From Asterias rubens (lineage: Eukaryota), in assembly GCF_902459465.1 (NCBI RefSeq), contig NC_047074.1, forward strand, positions 372,001 through 436,000: 64,000 nucleotides of DNA, in the 5' to 3' direction. The notes under the pieces are model-generated. The model saw only the letters and a list, made by a program, of their open reading frames with translations. It searched no databases and was not told the DNA's origin. How positions within the stretch are numbered: position 1 is the stretch's first letter; every line of letters starts with the position of its first letter. Shown piece by piece: positions 50,435-59,932 of this stretch. The translations under genes were made by a program, and so were the position numbers.

Positions 50435-50628
50435 TAGACTTGTGGACAAGTCGTTAAATCGGCCCCACGCGCTGAGATAGTGGTCTCGCGAGATCACTGC
50501 TCTCGCGCGAACTGATGGCTCCCCCGGCCCCGATTTCGACTCCTCATTAACGAGGAGTCGAAATCGGGGAGCCATCAGTTCGCGCGAGAGCAGTGATCTC
50601 GCGATTTAACGACTTGTCCACAAGTCTC
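50435..50628. mobile_element. Foldback MITE, 194 bp, with a 9-bp TSD (Mutator-like by TSD length)
   Basis: Perfect inverted arms 50436-50461/50602-50627 (26 bp), 50486-50524/50566-50604 (39 bp) and 50528-50545/50552-50569 (18 bp), with a 6-nt loop. Flanked by the direct repeat TACTATCTA at 50426-50434 and 50629-50637. The superfamily assignment is inference. Confidence 0.85.
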
Positions 50629-50682
50629 TACTATCTACTGCATGATGAGAGTTGACTTGATCTTGGAAGGTAGACGTCCAAG

Positions 50683-53600
50683 ATGAGTGCCAATAAACAG
50701 CGATTAAATGAGTCTTTAATCAACTATGACCCGCCTGAATGGGTTAGCAAGCTGGATAATCTACCCAAACATCATGTACAGGTTGGTGTTTTATTTAGTT
50801 TAGATTTTGTGGACCTTAAAACCATTTATTTAATTCGATCATGGAGGTAGAAATTTTGCAAAACTGCTGAATAAACAGATCGGATCTCACTGGGTGTCCT
50901 ATGGACATGGTTGGAAAAATATTTATCGATTTGTTTAGATAGATAGTTTGGCGCAGTTCTGTACCTTTCACCATAGACCATGACCATATGAACACCTGCG
51001 AACCTGCTGCACTAAAAAATTAATATTTATGAATTGATATAAATATGATCAACTTGCATTCACCTTTTTAAATTAAAGGCAGTGGACACTATTGGTAATT
51101 ACTCAAAATAGTTATCATCATAAAACCTTACTTGATTACGAGTAATGTAATGGGGAGAGGTTGATGGCATAAAACATTGTGAGAGACAGCTCCCTCTGAA
51201 GTGACGTAGTTTCCGAGAAAGAAGTAATTTCCCACGAATTTGATTTGAGACCTCAAGTTTAGAATTTGACGTCTCGAAATCAACCATCTAAACGAATACA
51301 ACTTCGTGTGTCAAGGGTGTTTTTTTTCTTCATTGTTATCTCAAATTTTCTCAGAGGTTTATTTGTTATTTTATGCATATGTTTATATACACTAAGTGAG
51401 AAGACTGGTCTTTGACAATTACCATTAGTGTCCAGTGTCTTTAAAATTATAAAGCATACTCTTTCTCATACAAAAGAGTGAAACCTTTGATGTACTGCAA
51501 TTTTTCTTTTTTGATAGCTTGTCCATCCAGACACCCCTATTCATCGATGGTATGTCCCAGGCGTTCCTGAAGATTTTGAGTTGTATATTAAACGCGACGA
51601 TATGACAGGCTCACAGCTTTCAGGAAATAAGGTAAAGCCCACAAAATCACACGGATGCTAGAGAGGCAAAGGTCTCTGCCATGGCTTTCGAAAGTTGCCG
51701 GTTAACTTTGTAAAGATTTTCCAATGGAAGTGCCTTTTCTAAAATGAATAAGGACTTGCCCTTTCAAAGATGAAATCCTATGATTCAGTATGCAGCGAGT
51801 GGTGGGTGTGGCCTTTATTTAACTTAAACTCAAATTGACGTTTTAGAGGTGTGTTGATGTAAACTTTTCCCATGATGCAGTTGCAAAAAAATGCTGAAGA
51901 ATTGCTTAATTGAGGGGGAATGTGAGGAGCCAAGTTATTGTTGAAAAGAAATAAAGATTTTGTTCTAAACTTTGAAAACCAAATTGTGGAGTTTAAAGTT
52001 ATACTTAAATTTTCAATCAGGTACGGAAACTGGAGTTCTTGCTCGCTGATGCCATCTCAAAAGGATGTTCAACGATCATTACTTGTGGTGGTATTCAATC
52101 AAACCACAGCAGAGCTACAACCATCTCAGGTCATCAACTTGGACTCAAAACTCATCTTCTTCTCAAGAGTACAGAACTGGTACGTGTCAAGCAAGAATAC
52201 AAATAAGTAGGTTTTGAAACTTTCATGGTGCGAGTATAATTAGGTGAGATTTGTGGTAGCACAATGTGTAAATCTCTTCTGAGTTGGTTCTGAAAAGAAT
52301 CGGTGGTTGACAGCTCAATGTTATGATGAGTATGCTCTGATCGTCTTCATCATCCTGGCTTGCCTGTGTCAATGTGTCTTTTTTTTTTCCAGGACCCAGA
52401 GAAGGCAACTTGCAAAGGGAATGTCTTATTGGATCGTCTTGTAGGAACCCACATTCATCTGATTCCTGGAGATGCAGTTTATAATGAAGACATCCATCAA
52501 AGGATGGAAAACTTCAAGAAGAAAATTAGGTAAAACAAACAAAGTGTATTATCTGATTTGGTCTGGGGAATTGTGAAAAAAACCCAGGCTGTATCCATTG
52601 ATATCCTCCTTCTTTTTCAAGCCTGGAAACTCAGCAAACTTACCCCCCCCCCTCCCATCCTTCTCATCTCCTCGCCCCCTTTGCAGAAATGTTTGCAAGA
52701 AAATAGTACACAAACTCATACTTTCAGGGTTTGCCCATTCAGTGACTGGTCAAAGGACCAGTTCTTAGCCTTCCATCTTACTAGTCCGTCACCTTTTGCA
52801 CTGGTTCAAAGCCAGCAGACAACTGTTAATCTCAAACAGTTGTTTGTATTTTCCTCCAGTGAAGAGAAAGGTGAGAAGGCATATTCCATTCCATGTGGAG
52901 GGACCAACTCAATTGGACTCTTTGGCTACGTTCAAACATTCCAAGAGCTCCTTAAACAGGTACTAGCTTTATTTAAACTGTCTCTAGCCAACGGGCAATC
53001 TCAGTGGTATATGTTGTAAGATACTGCTCTAGAATTGCAAAGGTTGTTGTTTGAATCCCACTTAAGTAATATACCTGTGATTATTTTGTAGAACTCAGGA
53101 CATCTGTGTATGGTAAAATCCAAATGATAAGGTACTAGCTTGATTTAACGGCGCATGGTTTGGGCAAAATATGTGATCGTCTGAGTTAATGGGAATTTAA
53201 TTTATTTTGTAATTACGAAAAACTTGTTAAAGTTACTTCCTTTTTTTTATAGAAAGTCCCGGATAATTTCACAGACATTGCTGTTGCAGTTGGTAGTGGA
53301 GGAACGATTGGAGGACTAAGCATGTCTAACTATCTCAGCAACTCTCATCTTAGGTAAATTTTTGTAAAGAAGAAGCATGCAACCTTTTAGCTCATCAGGG
53401 CCCAATTTCATAGCTCTGCTTACCGCCGATTTCTACATTTGCAGGGCAAGCATTGAATTCTGCGCTCACTGTGTAAGTGAAATTGCCTTGTAACGTGGAA
53501 GATGCACTTACACAAGCAAACATTTCCTGATAACTTGTGAAATATGATGAGCAGAGTCATAAAACTAGTCCCAGGAGATAATTTGTTTTCTTGAATACTA

Positions 53601-54768
53601 CTAGCATAGAACACTGAAAACTCTGTACAATGATTGGTGGGCATCTTTTTGTTCTCTTATGGGGAATAAAAAGTTGCAAATCTGAGATATTTTGTATAAT
53701 CCAGAGGGAGAATCAATCAAAAACATCACTTGATATCTGTCCATCCTCTTTGTTTTCTTTTTGTTTTGTTTGCAGAATTCATGGGATGCTTGTTGGTGAC
53801 ACTGGGGAGTATTTCCACTCTGAGATAAACAAAGCCTTAGATGGTTTGAACTGGAGTCAGAAACACCCTGGGGTACAGTCTCAAGATATGTGTGAGATGT
53901 ATGAAGAGGCACAGGGGCGGGGTTATGCACTCTCATCACCAGATGAATTAGGTAAGTAGCTAGAGTACTTCAAGATACCCATGGCCCGCCCCCACCCACT
54001 CCTCAAATATTCAACAACCACTGGACATTTTAGCTCTATCTAACTGACCAGAAATAATTAACACCAGAAAAAGTTGTTTTGTTCTTAAGTTTGTGTTGTG
54101 CTGACCAGTTATGATGTAGAGGTTTCGACTAGAAATCTTATTCCAAAATATTAAAGAAAACTTTCAAATATGGACAACTGATGCCTACACACCAGACTTC
54201 AAGACTGCAAATTTCAATTTACTGGATCACAATATTCTAAAGCTGATTGGTGTAAATGGTTAGCATGGTAACCAACAGTCAGAATGGAATTGGGTTACGG
54301 CACTGTATGTTTGTAAGCACAGGCAAGGGTTTAGGTATTCTGTTCACCATTATAGTTGACTGATTGAATAAATTTCCTTTGTTTGTACAGAGTTTATTAG
54401 TGCTGTTGCCGAGGCAACAGGCATCCTCCTCGATCCTGTATACACTGGGAAAGCAGCGTTTCACCTGATCAAAATGATGAAAGAAAAACCAGAATGCTTC
54501 AAGGGAAAGAAAGTTCTTTTCATCCATACAGGTAAACAACTTGGACAAATATAATACAACAGCTAAGCAAAACATTCTAAGCATCAAATGGTATGCGACA
54601 TAATTGGTATGCAACATAAATGATTGAATGCTAAATATTTGATTTATTTCAGGTGGAATGTTTGCTTTGTTTGACGGACGGATGGATGACATGGTCAGAA
54701 TGAAAGGTTCTCTCACAAACAGAATCGATGCATGGATTGACGTTGATAAAGTTCCAGAAATCAACTAA
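50683..54768 (+). CDS. D-cysteine desulfhydrase-like PLP enzyme, paralogue B, about 380 aa
   Basis: Exons 50683-50781, 51518-51631, 52021-52179, 52393-52529, 52860-52959, 53253-53353, 53776-53951, 54391-54531, 54653-54768; 1143 nt in frame. Motifs [73 protein letters not shown]. Intron positions and phases are identical to paralogue A. AATAAA at 55259. Confidence 0.95.
51077..51440. mobile_element. Same TTAA-TSD family, in intron 1 of desulfhydrase B
   Basis: TTAA|AGGCAGTGGACACTATTGGTAATT...AATTACCATTAGTGTCCAGTGTCT|TTAA; internal sequence is homologous to 16354-16828. Confidence 0.85.
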
Positions 54769-55743
54769 AACAAATCGGTATATTAAGCCAAAGGCTCTAT
54801 ATTAAAAGATATAAAGAGAAATATATACCTGAAAGGGATTATACTGAAGAATTTGCTTTTAAATATGCATCATGTTTAGTATTTTCAGAAAATATTTTAG
54901 AACAAAGGCTTTAGTTTTAGAATAGGTTCTCTTACAAACAGAAAGGATACATAGATTGACGTTGATAAAGTTCCAGATAAAGTTCTAGAAATGCTGTTTG
55001 TATGCCCATGGCTCTTCACATTATAATATTAAAACAGAAATATAAAGGTGAAGGTACTGAAGAAGCTGCTTTTAAATATGCATCATTTCAGGGTGATCCA
55101 ATTGGATCCAAGTAAGATTTTATGTTTTCAGGTTTTCCTTTTGACAAGCAGATTTTATTCATGCTTTTATTGTAGTCAAGAAGTCATGCAGACTTTAAAG
55201 AAAGACATTTTTATTGCCAATTTAGTTTTGGTTGTCCATATCAGAAACATAAAATATAAATAAATACATAGTTTTCCCAAAGCGTTTCATTTACATGTAC
55301 TGGTTTATTTACACATGCTACTTCCATCAAACAAGTATCTTATTTCTACACAAAACTACTACAAGGTTTTGAAACTACTACAAAATACTTCCAGATAAAA
55401 AATACACATTTTTAGCCACCCTCACATGCAGTATACTTGTGGAGGTGTCAGGTATATCAAGAAAACAGAGGGTGATATTTAAGATCGTTTGGGCATGATC
55501 TTAAGAGTTTCTTTTGATTAAGTTGTATCGGGTAAGAGTCGTTCCCGACAACAAGCTGAAAGTAGAATCCAAGGAGAATGTTTAAATGATGGCATTAACA
55601 CCTTTGTGTAACCTCTGGGGTTTAGATTTCACAGAGCTTTTAGGAACAGTTTCCTCAGCTAGCTTTAGAGTAGAACACAATTTCTTTGTATGTGAAAAAA
55701 AAAAACCAACTGATTTTCCTAACCAAGCTGACTTATGGTCTTA

Positions 55744-55922
55744 AGGCCGAGTCACACTGCAGCGATACTGAAAACGATAACGATCACGGCGCAAAGAGAA
55801 CGCATTTTATTGGTTGAATTGCTCCACGCAGAATACGCCAACGCTCATGCAACCAATCGAGGGCGTGCATTGTTAACATTCTCGTTTTCGTTATCGTTAT
55901 CGAGGCCTGTGTGACCGGGCCT
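55744..55922. mobile_element. MITE with TTA TSD (PIF/Harbinger-like)
   Basis: TTA|AGGCCGAGTCACAC...GTGTGACCGGGCCT|TTA, with internal inverted cgataacga/tcgttatcg repeats. It sits between the convergent 3' ends of desulfhydrase B and CWC15. Confidence 0.8.
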
Positions 55923-56188
55923 TTACTTGAGAGAAATTTCTCATCCCTGTTTCCCGGTTTCTTTATTGAAAACGAGATTAAAGATGATGATAATTTAAGT
56001 CAGTCAAAAAGAACTTGACTCTATGCTTTGGTTTAAAGAATCCCACACAAATGTTTAACAACAAAAACTATTAATGCTTTATTTTAAGAGGTTATTTTTG
56101 ATATAAAATAAACCACTTCAATTCATAATAGTTTTCATGGTGAGTAGAAAGTTTGTTTAAGTTTTTACAAAGTGCGTTGACCCTGACA

Positions 56189-58939
56189 TCAGTGGATATA
56201 TTTGTCCATAAATCTCTTGTGGAATTCCGACCGGAGCGTGTCATTGATGAATTGTTTCTCCTTCTTGTCATCCTCTCCTCTCGCACAGTTCTTGAAGACG
56301 ACATCATCATCCCATCTAAACAAAAAATAATATTACTGTTATACTAACGGTTTTCTTAAAATATTTTAATTCTTTTATAAGCGATCACCATGTAGGCATC
56401 ACCCACTGGGAGCAAGGTTGGTAGAGAAGAATGAAGATTAAAACACATCGCTACTTGTCTTACAGTTCACCTTAGTACATTTATTAAATATTTGTAAATT
56501 GGTATTGGTATTTGTTTGTGTGTTTCAAATTTTGAATTGAAAGTCACCACTTGTGATGAAAATTTGCTCAAGCCAAAGTAGACCATTAACAAAAAAAAGC
56601 ATTGTGTTTAGTTTACAACTCAGAAAATAGAATTAGCTGTTGTAAATTGCTTACCAACCCAAAAGGACCTACGGTATAAATGCAAACAATAGTTTTTACC
56701 CTAGCAGAGTCTTTGTAAAGGCTAAAGGGTGATGGTTAATCATATTTTTTTCCCTCAGATTTTCAAAACCATTTTGTAACTAATTTTGTTGTGTCCCGTC
56801 TTGTTTTAGACAAACCTTTTAGTGACTTTAAAGTCGCTTTTGTTTGAGTTTGACATCAGTGGATTGCCGCTTAGAATATTCTCCGTTCTGATTTTCTCCT
56901 CTTCAAGTTTCTTCTCTTGGTCCTAAAAGTAAAAAAAACAACATTGAAATGGAAGGATAAATAAATACTACTTCGACAAGTTTCTATATTTTCAAGTACT
57001 ACAGCAAGAATGACTTTACAAAAGTAAAATTGGCCTTAAAAAATTGAGCTTAAATAGCTGGTTCTGGAGCCTCAATGAGCAGGGTTTTGTTTTTTGTCAA
57101 ATTTGTTTTTCTATTTCCACCTTTTATTTCGATTTTATGTTGCCGATTTGATGAACAAATCTCAATGAGATATCGTTGGTGTTTGATTCTTTTTGCTGCT
57201 TAAAATGTGCGCAATAATGTATTATTAAAGCAAGTTTGCCTCTGAAAACGGAACATTTTTACCGCAAAGGCACGTTAGCATATAATGACATAGGTTTCTT
57301 GTGGTCCAGCCATGATGTTGTTGATTTTATTCTACTTGCAGCTTGACCTTTAGTGACCTTTGGTGACCTTACTGACCTTTCTAGCCTGCTCTAGGGATCT
57401 CTCTTTCTTGATCTTGTTAAGCTCAGCAAGCAGATCGGCCGTGTCGTCATCGCTGTCGGAGGAGTCGCTCTGAAATGTCATCAATACATAATGTTACTTT
57501 TGATAATAGTAATTTAACAATTGCTTGTTAGATTATTTGCTTAGCAATAAATTAATTATGCACTTGGGCTCTTGACCTTATTTCCCTAAGAAAGATTTTG
57601 GTATGTGCTTAGCAAAAGACAACCCTGACAATACACAAAAGTGCCTAAAAATTATGATTTTGTAGTATGGTTACAGAAGATAAGAAGAAGATGGCTGCAA
57701 ATTACAACCATGAATCACACTTACATCTTCATCATCATCTTTATCGATTGGATCATCAGCATCCAGGTTTGCTGCAGGGATTTGTTCAATGCGTGGTCTC
57801 TTAGCACTGCCACTACTCACACTACTTGAAGAATCTACAAGTTTAAAAAATAAATGAGATGGCAATGTTAAATCATTATTTAGTCATTCATTAATTTCAG
57901 ACAGTTCGGACTTTTTAAGACTAAAAACAACTAAGCCTCTTAACATAGAGCCAGAAAGAAGTGTTACGAAAGTAACAAATGACATGCACACTTTCTAATA
58001 GGAAACAGTTCGACTACAAAATTCTATCCCCTATGAAACATCAAGTCTACAAAGTGTACAAATACTTCAATTTAGTTCAATTTATTTATCATGTGAAAAC
58101 ACATGAAATTTGCTATCACTTGTACAGCACCAAAACATTGATTTTGAAAAAAACTGTAAAATAAAATAAAAATGCAACTAGAAAATTGTGTACACAAAGG
58201 TAAACAAAATTGATATCACAACAACAAGACGAGCCATTAGAGTTTTTTTTATAATGATAAATAATTGACCTCTATTCCCACGATCACCCCTCTTCTCCCT
58301 GGCTACAGCTCGTTCTCTCTCTTCCAGTTCTTTACGGAAGTCACGACGGCTGACGTCATCTGATGTTTCTTGTCCACTTTGCCTGAAACCAAACACAACT
58401 TTATCTGATCAAATGGAACTTCACAAGTCTACTGACGTAAAAAAGTTGTGAGATGTATGATTTGCAACCACTATATCATTGTAATTTTTAGTGTAAGTAT
58501 TCAGGGTTTGTGCTTAACTTTTTCAGTGACTTGCCAGCAAGACCAGTTAGATTGTAATTATTTTGAATAGTCTGTCTGCTTTTTCAGTAGTTCATATTTG
58601 AAATGAAATATGGACGCTTTCATCACTGAACTAGCAAACAGGACCACTTGGAGAGTTTTGACTGGTCCTCAGAGGTTTTAACTAGCACTTAGCCAGAAGA
58701 TAGGGCGAACGCTGGAATTGATTAAACAAATAATTTATTAAAACATTTAACATGAATCACACAATTTATATTGGAAATGACCACGGGGCGTGATTGATAA
58801 CTTACCTGTATTTCAGTTTAGTGTGTGCAGGTAGATCTCGACTAGAATACTGCTTTGACATAGCACTCAGGTCACCCCCTTCACCCTTTCCTCGACCCCC
58901 CCGAGCGGGGGCAAAGGTCGGTCTGGCAGCTGTTGTCAT
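56189..58939 (-). CDS. CWC15: Spliceosome-associated protein CWC15, about 227 aa, 6 coding exons
   Basis: Exons 58806-58939, 58270-58382, 57725-57834, 57377-57469, 56816-56922, 56189-56315; 684 nt. Begins [45 protein letters not shown] and ends [41 protein letters not shown], matching the conserved CWC15 termini. Likely 5' UTR intron 59096-59735; minus-strand AATAAA at 56078-56083. Confidence 0.97.
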
Positions 58940-59735
58940 CTTGCTTGATTATTAGTTCGTCTCAAGTTTAAAGTTAATGTGTAGCTTTGAGTCTACTGTT
59001 CCAAAATCCAGTGCAGAATCCTTACTGCTGGCTGCAAGCAGGTCAGTGTTATGTCTTGATACGAATCCTAACGTCTAGAACGGTTGATTTAATATCTGAA
59101 AACATCAAGGATCATCATGATTAAAACATATACATGCAAACAAATTACGCAGAACGATTTGTCTTAGAAGGGCCATTCAAAAAACAGATTTAACTTGTAC
59201 AGTATTATTAATAATGACCTTATTTATAACATAAGTTACAACGCCTTAGTCCCCACTACAAATAAATAACAGTCAAAAATATAAATAAAATCCAGACAAA
59301 CGAACAAATAACAAAGTCTTGATCGATGCCACATTCATAAAAATAATTCAAATCTTAAAATTAATTGGGATTCAACTTAATTACATACGGGGCATTTCTG
59401 TTAATTCAATGTAAGCATTTTACCTTTTTAATCTACCCTGATCCATTTACAAACTATAGAGTACGATTCAAAAGAATAAAAAGAATTACTAATGTCTAAC
59501 TATTAAAACTAAGCATGAATGAAACGTTCATTTAAAGAAAAGGGTCGAGTTGACTAAGCGAGCGAGACAGCACGTCGAACAAAAAAGGTCACAGCTAACT
59601 CAGATTTTCCAGGCTAAATGAGACGTAACGGACCCTGTAGCATAACATATCTATTAAAAAGTACATGTTGTAGCATCGTCTGTAATATTTATAAACAAAA
59701 TGTGTTACTTATACAAAATAGGGGAAAATACTCAC

Positions 59736-59930
59736 ACTTCACGATCAACACAATTTTGTCATGGACGGCGCCATCTTGAAAATAAATTGGGTCAAAGATT
59801 ATTTCGCTGGTACCGAACAATCTGAAATTCTCTAGCATTGACATCAAAGGTAGTACACCAGTGAAATCAGTGAAAAACCAAAATACACAAAATCAAAAGA
59901 GCAGAAAAATAAAGCATCACTACAAAATAA
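59736..59930. promoter_or_regulatory. Compact bidirectional promoter for CWC15 and the GPCR, with a YY1-type motif
   Basis: The CWC15 non-coding exon donor (59731-59735) and the GPCR ATG (59933) are about 200 bp apart. CAAGATGGCGCC on the minus strand at 59767-59778 matches the YY1 consensus typical of housekeeping 5' ends. Confidence 0.6.
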
Positions 59931-59932
59931 TC

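Noticed and set aside
42502-54768. Bacterial contamination, recent horizontal transfer, or ethylene-related ACC deaminase function
   Set aside because: Both genes have 8 spliceosomal introns at shared positions, host-like composition and host repeats in their introns. The signature residues are PVYTGK/HTGG, not PVYEGK/HLGG. An ancient transfer cannot be excluded without a phylogeny.
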